In this document: piece after piece, positions 8,659 through 18,862 of the stretch
How the letters are laid out: every line of letters starts with the position of its first letter
How positions within the stretch are numbered: the first letter of the stretch is position 1
NCBI GenBank assembly: GCA_017601145.1
Contig: JAFNIV010000010.1
Coordinates: 6,950-38,949, forward strand
From: Candidatus Brockarchaeota archaeon
Lineage (GTDB): Archaea > Thermoproteota > EX4484-205 > JAAOZO01
Direction: 5' to 3'
Length of the DNA: 32,000 nt
The notes under the pieces: generated by a model
What the model saw: the letters and a program-made list of their open reading frames with translations, nothing else
Told to the model about the DNA's origin: nothing
Databases searched by the model: none
Program-made: the position numbers and the translations under genes

Positions 8659-9258
8659 ATGGAGGCTAAGGAAATAGCAAAATATCTTCTAAGAAAAATA
8701 AACGAAAACATCGAAAACAACATTCAAGAAAACCAGTTGGAAGAATTCGTAAAAATGCTCATTGAAACATACAAAAAAAAGAAAATGATAGGAGTTGTAG
8801 GAGCAGGAAGAAGTGGACTTGTTGCTAAAAGTTTTGCCATGAGGCTTATGCACTTAGGATTTAACGTTTTCGTCATAGGAGAGACGATAACACCATCTTT
8901 AAAAAGTGGAGACATTCTGTTAGCTGTTTCTGGTTCTGGTGAAACAACTTTTACGGTTAGTGCAGCTAGCGTCGCAAAGAAAATAGGAGCAAAAGTAATA
9001 TCATTAACATCTTATCCAAATTCAAGGCTTGGAGAACTATCTGACGTAAAAGTAGTTATACCTGGGAGAGTAACAAAAGCAAGTGATGACGATTACTTCT
9101 CTAGGCAACTTTTAGGAATTCATGAGCCGCTTGCACCACTTGGAACTTTGTTTGAACTCTCAGTAGGAATACTACTAGATGCCGTTGTAGTAGAACTTAT
9201 GGAAGCTTTAAACATAAAAGAAAAAGATATGATAGAAAAACATGCAACTATAGAATAA
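8659..9258 (+). CDS. hxlB: SIS-domain sugar isomerase, 6-phospho-3-hexuloisomerase (HxlB)-like
   Basis: GVVGAGRSGLVAKSFAMRLMHLGFNVFVIGETITPSLKSGDILLAVSGSGETTFT, PLGTLFELSVGILLDAVVVELM. Confidence 0.8.
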   Translation: MEAKEIAKYLLRKINENIENNIQENQLEEFVKMLIETYKKKKMIGVVGAGRSGLVAKSFAMRLMHLGFNVFVIGETITPSLKSGDILLAVSGSGETTFTVSAASVAKKIGAKVISLTSYPNSRLGELSDVKVVIPGRVTKASDDDYFSRQLLGIHEPLAPLGTLFELSVGILLDAVVVELMEALNIKEKDMIEKHATIE

Positions 9259-9262
9259 GAGA

Positions 9263-9853
9263 TTACCTTGAAGCTTCAGCATGCTTCTCAAGTTCTTGTC
9301 TTTTTGCAATAGCATAACTTTTTGGATTGTTTTCTGAAGCATCTATTATTTCATCCGCTAATGCTTCATGAAAAGGACGAGGAGATTTAAATGAGTTATT
9401 CCTTGCACCAATTACTATATTTCTTATTGCAAGGTCAACTCTTCTCGTAGGTGAGATATCTACTGACTGATAATAAAGAATTCCACCATATGAAATTCTT
9501 GTTGTATCTTCCCTTGGAGCGGCATTTTCAATTGCTTTTATAAAAACTAAAATTGGATTTTTTCCAGTCTTATGATTAATTAACTCGAATGCAGCTTTTA
9601 CAGCATTGATTGCCTTGTACTTTTTGCCTCCAGCCTTTGGAGTTAGCGCAATATGGTTAATTAACCTTTCAATTACATTTACTTTATTTTTAGCAAATTT
9701 CCAATGTTCATGCCTTCCTGCAGAATGAGGGACAAATATTGGCTTTATTGAAATTGCAGCTTGTAGACTTTTTGAATAAACTTCTACATTGTCAAAAGTA
9801 TACTTATCGAATAGTTTAATCTTTGTTTCTTCTGCCGTTGACATCGATCTCAC
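9263..9853 (-). CDS. rps7: Ribosomal protein S7 (uS7)
   Basis: ORF 196 aa; [50 protein letters not shown]; downstream of S12. Confidence 0.95.
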   Translation of the reverse strand: MRSMSTAEETKIKLFDKYTFDNVEVYSKSLQAAISIKPIFVPHSAGRHEHWKFAKNKVNVIERLINHIALTPKAGGKKYKAINAVKAAFELINHKTGKNPILVFIKAIENAAPREDTTRISYGGILYYQSVDISPTRRVDLAIRNIVIGARNNSFKSPRPFHEALADEIIDASENNPKSYAIAKRQELEKHAEASR

Positions 9854-10287
9854 TTCCTTGGTTTCTGTTTTTTACCAGTTAACAACGCATCTAAAGAAAT
9901 ACCATTTACTGCTATCACCTTGTATCTAACTCCAGGCAGATCCCCCATAGACCTTCCCCCGGAGCCCCCTATTCCAGCTATAAGTACTTCATCTCTTTCA
10001 TCTATGAAGTTTAGAGCACCGTCCTTGGGTACGAAGGCGGTAACTTCCTTATTGTTCTTTATAAGCTGAACTCTTACACACTTTCTAACGGCACTGTTTG
10101 GTTGCTTACTTTCGATACCTACCTTCTCTAGTACGATACCCCTTGCCATTGGAGCTCCTTCTAGAGGATCATACTTTTTCTTTAGCTTTAAGACTCTACG
10201 AGTATAATATTTATCACTCCATAAGAATTTCTTTCTATTTAATTTTAGTTTTCTTGCTGCGAATTCTCCTAAAGCACCCTTTGACAT
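9850..10287 (-). CDS. rps12: Ribosomal protein S12 (uS12)
   Basis: [56 protein letters not shown]...[10 protein letters not shown]. Confidence 0.96.
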   Translation of the reverse strand: MSKGALGEFAARKLKLNRKKFLWSDKYYTRRVLKLKKKYDPLEGAPMARGIVLEKVGIESKQPNSAVRKCVRVQLIKNNKEVTAFVPKDGALNFIDERDEVLIAGIGGSGGRSMGDLPGVRYKVIAVNGISLDALLTGKKQKPRK

Positions 10288-10426
10288 CGCAGGAATACCA
10301 GATACAGGATACTTATTAACTTTTGCTTAACTAAAGTATCTTTTGATTTTTATGCTAACATTTTAAAAAACAAACTTATACAACAACCACAAAGTTAGAC
10401 TTCTTCAGGTTTTCTTTCAGAAATTG

Positions 10427-10861
10427 TTAAACGACCCTAACAAGGTCTAAAGAAAAATACTTCTTTGCTAAAAATGAAGCTCTTCTAACGTTTATCCCAG
10501 CTAGACCTATTGCCTTTCCCTTTTCAGACTCATCAACTTTTACAAAAGCAATTTTTCTACCGTCTGTTTGAGGTTCTAAAAGAACTTTCAATACCTTAAC
10601 TTTTGGAAAAAGTCCCGCTATAAATTCTTCGGCAGTCTCAGAATAAGGATAAACTAATATTTTCTTTTTTAAAAATTTTGATAGTTTCAGCAGTGGCTTT
10701 GTTGGATTTATTTTAACTATTATAAGGTCTTCTTTTGGAACCAAGAAAATTAATTCATCGTTGTACTCAGTACAGTCAAGCGCCCTAGCACTGGTGAGCT
10801 TTTCAAAAAGCATTAAGTATTGCAGTGTTTCTGTAGACAGTTTTATTTTAGGCTGAGTCAT
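10427..10861 (-). CDS. nusA: NusA-like KH-domain transcription factor
   Basis: 144 aa; AIGLAGINVRRASFLAKKYFSLDLVRVV KH-type end; located between L30e and S12 in the rpo operon, the canonical archaeal position. Confidence 0.85.
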   Translation of the reverse strand: MTQPKIKLSTETLQYLMLFEKLTSARALDCTEYNDELIFLVPKEDLIIVKINPTKPLLKLSKFLKKKILVYPYSETAEEFIAGLFPKVKVLKVLLEPQTDGRKIAFVKVDESEKGKAIGLAGINVRRASFLAKKYFSLDLVRVV

Positions 10862-11151
10862 TTCTTTATCAGAGCTTCTAAGTTGGACTGACCAAAATCT
10901 TCAAAAGCTAGCGTTGAAACTGGAAATGGTTTTTCACATAGCCTACCAATTTCAAGTGGTCCTATTTCTAATAAAATAAGAGGAGTTTTAGCTTGTTTTG
11001 CTAGCTGTGTGAGTTCAGTTATATTTTCATTACTAAAAGACTTGCTACAGAATATTGCCTTTAGCTTACCTTTAAGTAGTTGCCTCTTAACGCTCTTGAA
11101 GCCAAAAATAGGCTTTCCTGTTTTTACTGCCACTTTTATTGCAGATTCCAA
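10858..11151 (-). CDS. rpl30e: Ribosomal protein L30e (eL30)
   Basis: 97 aa; ESAIKVAVKTGKPIFGFKSVKRQLLKGKLKAIFCSKS; position downstream of rpoA. Confidence 0.87.
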   Translation of the reverse strand: MESAIKVAVKTGKPIFGFKSVKRQLLKGKLKAIFCSKSFSNENITELTQLAKQAKTPLILLEIGPLEIGRLCEKPFPVSTLAFEDFGQSNLEALIKK

Positions 11152-11207
11152 GATTGATTTCCACTTCCTTTCAAATTAGTATAAACTATTAAACATTTTC
11201 CTTTAGC

Positions 11208-14200
11208 TTAGCTACTAGGTAAGTCAACAAATATGTCGATTACTCCAGTACCAGCCTTTATTTCTTCTCCTGCAAGCACTCTTTCTGTCATTCCTTTCAT
11301 ATAGTCAGTTTCGCCCATTATCGCACCATCAACTAGTGTAGGAACTGTCCTTTCAAAAGCAGCTTTTGCTAAGATGCTAACTTTCTCACCTGACAAACCA
11401 TGTCTTCCAATTTGTCTCAATCTTCCATTTGCAGTCATTGCAGAAGCAACTAGTGATATATGCCTTATATCAACATCTAAACCTTGCTCTTCAAGAGTAC
11501 TCTTTATTTCTCTTATTAGAGCTGTTCTTGCCGCTTCTATTCCTAGAACTTCTTGTATTTCCATAATGTTGTTAGTGTACACTCTTGATGGATCTACTTC
11601 AGGAAGCTTAGTCACCTCCATCAAGTTTGAGCCTTCAGTCTTAATTATCCATTCATCACCCTCTTTTTCAACTGAGGCCCTTGTTATTGACGGAACTCCA
11701 GAAATTGGAATTAGTTTTAGTTTCTCAACAGAAGCAGAAAAGTCTAAGTTAGTTGCTTCTCTTTCTTCTTTTAGTTTAACCAAAATTACGTTACTTCTTT
11801 TCTTTGAAAACTTTGGATTCTTAAATCCGGCCAAACTTAGTGCCTTAACAATATCGCTTCTTTTTAACCCAGCTTCTTGTAACGCTTCATCAGAAAGCAC
11901 TATTAGTGCTAGATTTCTAAGATGAAGTACTCTTATTTCTGTTGATACAAACTCTAGAGTTTTATAAACCAGTTTTCTTGCAACTTTTAAAGCTTCTTCT
12001 CTAGACTTTGAGTATTCTGGCTTCAAATAAATCTTCATTATAGGAGTTTTTGGAGTCCTATGAACGTCAAGGAGTTCTATTAGCCTAGGTAATCCTAGAG
12101 TTACGTTTGCTTCCCTAACACCAGCGTAGTGGAAGGTTCTGAGAGTCATTTGAGTTCCAGGTTCTCCTATCGATTGAGCAGCAACTATACCAACACTTTC
12201 TCCAGGATCAGCTATTGTTTCTTCGTATTTCTTAACTATTTCTCTTATAACTTTTTCAATATCTTCTTCAGCTATACCATATGTCTTTATTTCATTCTTT
12301 AGTTTATTAACTAAGATCTTAGGCAACATCCTCGAATATTTACTTAATATAGAGTCCAACTTTTCATCAGAAACTTCAGTTTTAGTTTTTAAGTTTAGAG
12401 ACTCAACTATTATATTAAAGTAAACTTCAAGTGGAAAGACCCCATGAAAAGTTTTTGATGGATCTATTCCATCGTCACCATACTTAAACTCAACTATATT
12501 ACCATATGGATCTCTTACTGTTCCATCATACTCTACTTTTAATGTTTCTAAGGCATGTATTAATCTCCTTTGTAGATAACCACTTTGCTGAGTTCTAACT
12601 GCAGTATCAACGAGAGATTCTCTACCACCCATTGCATGATAGAAGAATTCTGTTGGAGTCAAACCAACTAAGTAACTTGATCTAATAAAGCCTCTTGCTG
12701 TTGCTCCAAGGTCACCTCTCCTGAAGTGAGGTAATGGTCGACCAATATAACCTCTCGAAATTCTCTTTCCATGAAGAGATTGAGGACCAAGAGATGCGCA
12801 TATATGACCTAAATTTAAGTCTGAGCCTCTGGCTCCCGTTCTCGTCATGATAACTGCGTTGTTATTCATTCCAAGAGAGTTACTTGCAATTTCTCCTGTT
12901 CTAGTTCTTATTTCAGAAAGCTTATCCATTATGTAAGCTTCTAAGGAATCTTCTTCACTTTTTCCAGGTATCCTTTCGAGTTTTCTACTTCTAAAATCTT
13001 CTATAATTTTGTTAACCTCTGGTTCTGCAGTATTAAGTAGATCGTCTATTTCTTTCTTTGACTCTTCTGGTAGAAAGAGCTCGCTGTAAAGCATAGTGAA
13101 CCCGCGAAGTTGTAAGAATTTTATAACCATCCTAGAAAGAGACCTTAAAAAGTTGTGCGCAACTTCATTACCATACCTTAAAATTAGTTCGTGCAGTATA
13201 GTTCCAGCTTTCTCAGAGCCTATTGTTGCTTGATCTATTACTCCTTTTTCAAGAATACCATTTTTTACAACTACAAACCCTTCATTTGGGCAGTTATTTT
13301 CGTCACACTCTTTGCAGTTTGCGCACACTTTTGCCTTTCCTCTATATACGAAATCCTTTGGTAAAAGCAAGCTGAATGCCTGCTTTCCACTCCAAAGAGG
13401 TTCGGGCTCCTTTACAGCTGGTTCTGGAGGATCTTCATAAATTCCTGCTGCTGCCATGAGAAGTAGAAAATCTTTTTTCGTAAGATATGTATCCTTTCTT
13501 GTCATAAGGTATGCACCAGTTATTAGATCTCTGAGAGCTCCTATTATTGGAGCACCATACCTTGGAGTTATGAAGTTCTTATTAACCTCTAAAAGCTCCT
13601 TAGTTTCAGCTACTGCTTCTGTATTCTGGGGAACATGAAGGTTCATTTCATCTCCATCAAAATCTGCGTTGTATGGAGGACAAACTGAAGGATGAAGGCG
13701 CATTGTTCTCCCAGGGAGAACCTTAACTCTATGACCCATCATCGAGATCCTATGAAGAGAAGGTTGCCTATTGAAAATTACATAGTCACCATCCATCAAA
13801 TGGCGTTCTACAATGTAACCTTCAGAAATACTATTCGCAAACGCATTTAAGTCTTTTACAAAGTCTAATTTTATTCTAGCACCATCTGGCCTAATTACAT
13901 AAAGTGCACCAGGATACTTGTTAGGGCCATTCCTTATGAGACTGGCAAGCCTTTCTCTATTGAACGTGTTTACTCTTTCTGGAACTGAAAGAGCTTTTGC
14001 AATAGCTTCTGGAACACCAACCTCATCAACATCTAAGAAAGGATCTGGTGAAATAACAGTTCTAGCTGAAAAATCAACTCGTTTTCCTGAAAGATTCTTC
14101 CTGAAGCGACCTTCCTTTCCCTTTAACCTTTGAGTTAGTGTCTTTAGCACTTTACCAGTTCTGTGTCTTGAAGGAGGAATTCCACTTGCTTCATTATCTA

Positions 14201-15050
14201 GGTAGGTTGTAATATGGTACTGTAATAAGTTTTCGAATTCGCCAAGAATTACTGGATTTGCACCATTCTCTTTCCCCTCTTTCAACTTTTTAGCAGCCCT
14301 TATAATATCAACTAGCTTATGGGTTAAGTCATCTTCGGAGCGTTCACCGCTTTCTAAGACTATTGACGGTCTAACTTGAACTGGTGGAACTGGAAGAACC
14401 TCAAGGATCATCCATTCGGGCCTACTCGTTTCCGGATTAATTCCAAGAAGTTTTAAGTCTTCATTCGGAATTCTCTCAAACCTTTCTCTTATGGCAGAGG
14501 GGTTTATTCTACTTGTTGTTTTCTCTGGAGCTATTTCATAAAATTCTGTTGGCTTTGACCATTTTATAACATATTGAGAAGCACCACAGTGCGGGCAATT
14601 GCTCATCCTCTTTGCTTCTCTTATTATTTGAGAGTACAACCTTTCTGGAACAAAACCAAACTTTTCCTTATATTCTTCAATTTGTTTTTTGTACTCTTCG
14701 ATTCTATCCTGCGAAAGCAACAACCTACCACAAGAACGACAAGTGATTTGAAGAAGAGTATATATCTGTTTTGTGAATAAGTAGTTTACCATTGGCATTG
14801 GAAGTTCGATGTGCCCAAAGTGGCCTGGACACTTGGATGGAGGACTCCCACAAGTTTGACATCTTTGATTTGGTTCTATTGTTCCTAGCCTTAGATCCAT
14901 TACTCCGCCAGTAATTGGGGTTCCATCCTCATCGTATACTTCGTCAGTAAATATTTCTGCTGCAGAGTACCTTCTTATGAAGGTAGGATTAAGAATACCA
15001 AAGATTATAGAATCTATTGATTTTGCTTCGAGTTCAGAAGTTGAGCTCAT
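11208..15050 (-). CDS. rpoA: DNA-directed RNA polymerase subunit A, fused A'+A''
   Basis: Single 1280 aa ORF containing N-terminal zinc motifs (CQTCGSPPSKCPGHFGHIELP), catalytic NADFDGDEMNLHVP, and the A''-type segment (PGESVGIVAAQSIGEPGTQMTLRTFHYAGV...LPRLIELLD...ASAMTANGRLRQIGRHGLSGEK). Confidence 0.97.
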   Translation of the reverse strand: MSSTSELEAKSIDSIIFGILNPTFIRRYSAAEIFTDEVYDEDGTPITGGVMDLRLGTIEPNQRCQTCGSPPSKCPGHFGHIELPMPMVNYLFTKQIYTLLQITCRSCGRLLLSQDRIEEYKKQIEEYKEKFGFVPERLYSQIIREAKRMSNCPHCGASQYVIKWSKPTEFYEIAPEKTTSRINPSAIRERFERIPNEDLKLLGINPETSRPEWMILEVLPVPPVQVRPSIVLESGERSEDDLTHKLVDIIRAAKKLKEGKENGANPVILGEFENLLQYHITTYLDNEASGIPPSRHRTGKVLKTLTQRLKGKEGRFRKNLSGKRVDFSARTVISPDPFLDVDEVGVPEAIAKALSVPERVNTFNRERLASLIRNGPNKYPGALYVIRPDGARIKLDFVKDLNAFANSISEGYIVERHLMDGDYVIFNRQPSLHRISMMGHRVKVLPGRTMRLHPSVCPPYNADFDGDEMNLHVPQNTEAVAETKELLEVNKNFITPRYGAPIIGALRDLITGAYLMTRKDTYLTKKDFLLLMAAAGIYEDPPEPAVKEPEPLWSGKQAFSLLLPKDFVYRGKAKVCANCKECDENNCPNEGFVVVKNGILEKGVIDQATIGSEKAGTILHELILRYGNEVAHNFLRSLSRMVIKFLQLRGFTMLYSELFLPEESKKEIDDLLNTAEPEVNKIIEDFRSRKLERIPGKSEEDSLEAYIMDKLSEIRTRTGEIASNSLGMNNNAVIMTRTGARGSDLNLGHICASLGPQSLHGKRISRGYIGRPLPHFRRGDLGATARGFIRSSYLVGLTPTEFFYHAMGGRESLVDTAVRTQQSGYLQRRLIHALETLKVEYDGTVRDPYGNIVEFKYGDDGIDPSKTFHGVFPLEVYFNIIVESLNLKTKTEVSDEKLDSILSKYSRMLPKILVNKLKNEIKTYGIAEEDIEKVIREIVKKYEETIADPGESVGIVAAQSIGEPGTQMTLRTFHYAGVREANVTLGLPRLIELLDVHRTPKTPIMKIYLKPEYSKSREEALKVARKLVYKTLEFVSTEIRVLHLRNLALIVLSDEALQEAGLKRSDIVKALSLAGFKNPKFSKKRSNVILVKLKEEREATNLDFSASVEKLKLIPISGVPSITRASVEKEGDEWIIKTEGSNLMEVTKLPEVDPSRVYTNNIMEIQEVLGIEAARTALIREIKSTLEEQGLDVDIRHISLVASAMTANGRLRQIGRHGLSGEKVSILAKAAFERTVPTLVDGAIMGETDYMKGMTERVLAGEEIKAGTGVIDIFVDLPSS

Positions 15051-15053
15051 TTT

Positions 15054-18000
15054 TTACACCCTTTCTTTAAGCTTTATCTTTGGAAATATTCCTAAACTCA
15101 TTATTTCTTGAAGCAAGAGCTTAAAAGCATAAGAAACAGTTATTGCACTTATTTTTGCACTTTTTCCACATACTCTGCAAACATACTTTCTTTGCTTAGC
15201 ATCATAGTAAGCTAAAGAACCGCAATTGTCGCAAATATACACTGTTGTTTTATCAGATTCTTCTAGAAGCCTATCTTGAAGCAGCCTTGCAGCACCATGA
15301 CCTACTAAACAGTCACGTTCCATTTCTCCAAACCTTAATCCACCACCTCTTGCTCTTCCTTCAGTTGGTTGGTGTGTTAGCAGAGTAACTTGGCCTCTTG
15401 CTCTAGCATGTATCTTGTCTTTAACCATGTGATGTAACCTTTGGTAATAAACTATACCAACAAACACCTTAGTATGCAGTAGCTCACCAGTTTGTCCATT
15501 TATCATTACAAAATCACCGTAAGGATGAAAACCATGAGACTTTAGAATTTCATAGACTTGCTCAGGATCTTCGTGATCAAAAGAGTCACCGAACATTTGT
15601 CTTCCTTTTAAAGCACCAGCAATTCCAAAAAGAGATTCCAAAAAGTGAGCTACGGTCATCCTTGATGGAATTGCATGTGGATTAATTAAAGCATCAGGTA
15701 CTAAACCATCTTCTGTAAAAGGCATGTCTTCTTGCGGAACTATCATTCCAACGACTCCTTTTTGACCTGCTCTTGTTGCAAACTTGTCCCCTAGCTCAGG
15801 AATTCTTGTATCTCTTATTCTTACTTTTATGATTTTATTTTGTTCTTTGTCTTCTGTTAAGAGTATCTTGTCAACATAGCCACTATGAGAACTCTTAACT
15901 GCAATCGAAGTGTCTCTCCTGTATGAAGGTTGTCCCCAGACCTCTATTCTTTCTTCTAGAAATCTTGGAGGACTAGTTCTCCCAATGATTATATCGTTTC
16001 CAGTAACATAAGTTTCAGGAGAAACGATTCCATCTTCATCTAACTTTATGTAAGCTTCTTCACCCTTATAGCCTCTAACGTCGCTTTCAGGTTTTTGAAT
16101 TCTATCTTTTTCTCCAACAGGATAGAGCTTTGCTTCTGCTTCATATACGAAGTAAGTTGTGGACCTACCAAGGCCTCTTTCAACTGAAGCCTTGTTTAAA
16201 ACTAGAGCATCTTCCATGTTGTATGGATGGGAGAGAACTGCAACAATAAAGTTTTGTCCTATTGGGTTCTTACTTAGCCCAATTATTTCAGAAGTGGTTG
16301 TTGTAGTTATCGGAATTTGAGGATAAAGTAAGTAGTGTGAAGTTGTAGAAAAGTTCAATGGCAAAGAAGAAGTAGGATATCCAAGAGCTTGTTTTGCCAT
16401 AGCTCCTTCATATGTGTTTCTTGGAGATTGATTATGCTCAGCAAATGGAATTGATGAGCTTATTGCACCGAATATTGCTAAGGGTGAAATTTCAAGATGG
16501 GTTGTATGTAGACCAATATCGTCAAGATTAATTGCAATTAGAGCATTTTCTTCTTCTTCAGCATCTAAGTATTCTATAACACCCAAAGCTACGAGGTCAT
16601 CTATTGTAAGTTCTCCAGACTTAAGTTTCTCTATATGTTCTGGTTTAAGTTTCAATTGACCCTCTTCTACAATAAGTAGTGGCCTTCTTACTCTTCCAGC
16701 ATCAGTATTTATCACAACTTCTGTTTTTCTTTCCTTTTCTTTGCTTTTCTTTCTTGAAGTACCACCATAATTGTGTCTATAAAAACCAAAGTTTACTTGA
16801 TCAGAAATTTTGCCTCTCCTTCTTAAGCGAATAAGCTCCTTAAATATAGAGCGTCCTTCTTGGTGATATCCAACTAAGGTACCATTGACATAAATTTCAG
16901 CCCAACTCTTTGTAATTTCTTCGTTTGCTTTCTCTACTGGAATCATTCCTAGAGAATTTAAAATTCTTACAATTTCTTCTGGATTAGAAGTTGTAGAAAC
17001 TTGACAAAGTAAGCTTAGGTTCTTGACTAGCCCACAGTTACTACCTTCAGGAGATTCAGCAGGGTCGATTCGCCCCCACTGTGTAGGATGAAGGTCTCTA
17101 GCTTCAAAGTTCGATTGACTTCTGCTTAAAGTTGATTGAAGTCTTCTAAGGTGACTAACAGTTGAAAGATAGTTTGTTCTATCTAAGAGCTGAGAGACCC
17201 CAACCAAACGTCTACTCCAATTACCAGTGGCAATTGCATGATTGAGCAAATCTGTTATGAGTCTCGTGCTAACTAGGTTTCCAATGTGACGAGGGGTAGC
17301 TCGTTTTATATCAGCTCTTTGAAGCTGATGTTTTAGATCTCTAACCATCCTCCTAAATCCTTGCCTAAAAAGCTCAGCAATCAGCGGTCCTGCAAACCTT
17401 AGCCTTTTATTCTTGTAATGATCTTTGTCATCGGGTTTTCTCCATCCTAGCTTAACAGCTATTGCTCTTTCTGCCATCTTGCCAATGAAGTATGCTTTCT
17501 TAATCCTATCAGCCGGTTCTCTACCAATATGAGGCAACAGAACTTTATCAATTAAGTATTCAGCTCTTCTTATCCTAACTTCTTTCGGCTGACCATATGC
17601 TGCTCTTCCACCAATATAATCTAAGGCGGATTCTGTATCAAGAAAAGAAGAAGCCTCATCAAAAGATTTCATAAGATTCTCTTGGACTTCTATATATGAT
17701 GAAGTGATGTAAGCAATATCTTTATCTGTAGAAACACCTAATGCACGCATTAAAATTACATAAGGGATATCTTCGCCTATTCCAGGGAACCTAACTCTTA
17801 TTAGCTGCTTTTGAGAATCAAACCTAACTTCAACTTTTGTTCTGTAGCCAACTGTGGCTGAAAAAGTTCTAGAGATATATATTACTGAGCTTCCAACCTT
17901 TTTTCTTTCTGTAAATATTCTATTGGTAGCAAAATCTTCGACACCAACTATTACTCTTTCCGAACCATTTATTATGAAGTATCCTCCAGGATCTCTTGGA

Positions 18001-18443
18001 TCTTCACCAAATTTTATTAGTTCTTCTGGGGAAAGATTACTTAGTCTACACGCTGAAGACTTAACCATTATAGGGAAGTCCCCTATCTTTATAGTTCCTT
18101 CCTGCATTAACTTTTCATTTTTATACTCAGAAAACTTTAGATTAATTGGTGCAGAGTAAGTAAGATTTCTTAGCCTTGCATCTATAGGATAAACGGAAGT
18201 TTGAGCTCCAGAAGCTTCTATAACTGAAGGTTGCTCCAAGGAAACCCCAGAAAAGACAACCCTATGCTTTAAGTCTGGTAAAGTTATGTTTATTTCTCCA
18301 ACTTCTTGAACAATCTTGTTTAAGTCTGAAGTTAGAAGTTCGTTGTAGGAGTCTATATGGTGTTGAGCTATTCCTGCATTTCTTACAAGTAATTCATAAA
18401 GATACTTGAGGTCTTCAGGCTTAACAGAATATGCTTCCATCAC
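15054..18443 (-). CDS. rpoB: DNA-directed RNA polymerase subunit B (unsplit)
   Basis: 1129 aa ORF; YIDAEEEENALIAINL, PFAEHNQSPRNTYEGAMAKQALG, GDKFATRAGQKGVVGMIVPQEDMPFTEDGLVPDALINPHAIPSRMTVAHFLE, C-terminal CDNCG...CRVCG. Confidence 0.97.
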   Translation of the reverse strand: MMEAYSVKPEDLKYLYELLVRNAGIAQHHIDSYNELLTSDLNKIVQEVGEINITLPDLKHRVVFSGVSLEQPSVIEASGAQTSVYPIDARLRNLTYSAPINLKFSEYKNEKLMQEGTIKIGDFPIMVKSSACRLSNLSPEELIKFGEDPRDPGGYFIINGSERVIVGVEDFATNRIFTERKKVGSSVIYISRTFSATVGYRTKVEVRFDSQKQLIRVRFPGIGEDIPYVILMRALGVSTDKDIAYITSSYIEVQENLMKSFDEASSFLDTESALDYIGGRAAYGQPKEVRIRRAEYLIDKVLLPHIGREPADRIKKAYFIGKMAERAIAVKLGWRKPDDKDHYKNKRLRFAGPLIAELFRQGFRRMVRDLKHQLQRADIKRATPRHIGNLVSTRLITDLLNHAIATGNWSRRLVGVSQLLDRTNYLSTVSHLRRLQSTLSRSQSNFEARDLHPTQWGRIDPAESPEGSNCGLVKNLSLLCQVSTTSNPEEIVRILNSLGMIPVEKANEEITKSWAEIYVNGTLVGYHQEGRSIFKELIRLRRRGKISDQVNFGFYRHNYGGTSRKKSKEKERKTEVVINTDAGRVRRPLLIVEEGQLKLKPEHIEKLKSGELTIDDLVALGVIEYLDAEEEENALIAINLDDIGLHTTHLEISPLAIFGAISSSIPFAEHNQSPRNTYEGAMAKQALGYPTSSLPLNFSTTSHYLLYPQIPITTTTTSEIIGLSKNPIGQNFIVAVLSHPYNMEDALVLNKASVERGLGRSTTYFVYEAEAKLYPVGEKDRIQKPESDVRGYKGEEAYIKLDEDGIVSPETYVTGNDIIIGRTSPPRFLEERIEVWGQPSYRRDTSIAVKSSHSGYVDKILLTEDKEQNKIIKVRIRDTRIPELGDKFATRAGQKGVVGMIVPQEDMPFTEDGLVPDALINPHAIPSRMTVAHFLESLFGIAGALKGRQMFGDSFDHEDPEQVYEILKSHGFHPYGDFVMINGQTGELLHTKVFVGIVYYQRLHHMVKDKIHARARGQVTLLTHQPTEGRARGGGLRFGEMERDCLVGHGAARLLQDRLLEESDKTTVYICDNCGSLAYYDAKQRKYVCRVCGKSAKISAITVSYAFKLLLQEIMSLGIFPKIKLKERV

Positions 18444-18691
18444 TCAGAAATCACCAACCTATAGTAAACTGATTCTCCCGCTAGGTCACTTTTTCTAATT
18501 ATTTTTATTATGTCTCCAGGCTTTGCTCCTAGTGCTTTTACAGCAGGATCAGAATCAAGAATCTTTGGGAGGTTTGAGGGTTTAATCCTATAAGTCTTAA
18601 GCAAACTAATCCTCTCTTCCTCTGATAGTATCTCATACTTTGGAGATAGCTCATGACTTAGAGGATTAAATCCAAGATTATCCTTTAGCAA
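18440..18691 (-). CDS. rpoH: DNA-directed RNA polymerase subunit H
   Basis: 83 aa; NPLSHELSPKYEILSEEERISLLKTYRIKPSNLPKILDSDPAVKALGAKPGDIIKIIRKSDLAGESVYYRLV. Confidence 0.95.
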   Translation of the reverse strand: MLKDNLGFNPLSHELSPKYEILSEEERISLLKTYRIKPSNLPKILDSDPAVKALGAKPGDIIKIIRKSDLAGESVYYRLVISE

Positions 18692-18862
18692 TTTGGCCGA
18701 TTTTCTTCTCTTTCAGTATTATATTAAGTTTTCTCAAACAACATGGAGAAACCCATTTTTTACGTTTTTTAGAAAGGATAAAGTTAGATGAGGATAGAAA
18801 AAAACATTGACTTAAAAAATAAAATAAATGTTTTTATCCATATTTTCTTCCTTTTCGGGGGA

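Noticed and set aside
8620-8680. Short inverted repeat AAGCTA...TAGCTT just before the SIS-domain gene
   Set aside because: Only 6 bp and AT-rich; expected by chance at this composition.
11374-11925. Plus-strand 183-aa ORF within rpoA, and similar ones at 13456-13638, 13918-14133, 14574-14780, 17854-18159
   Set aside because: Antisense shadow ORFs of rpoA/rpoB.
18788-18862. N-terminal 25 aa of the oxidoreductase ORF including a hydrophobic stretch
   Set aside because: The Rossmann motif normally begins at the N-terminus; an in-frame TTG at 18863 preceded by a G-rich RBS-like sequence is a better start, so no signal or TM segment is claimed.
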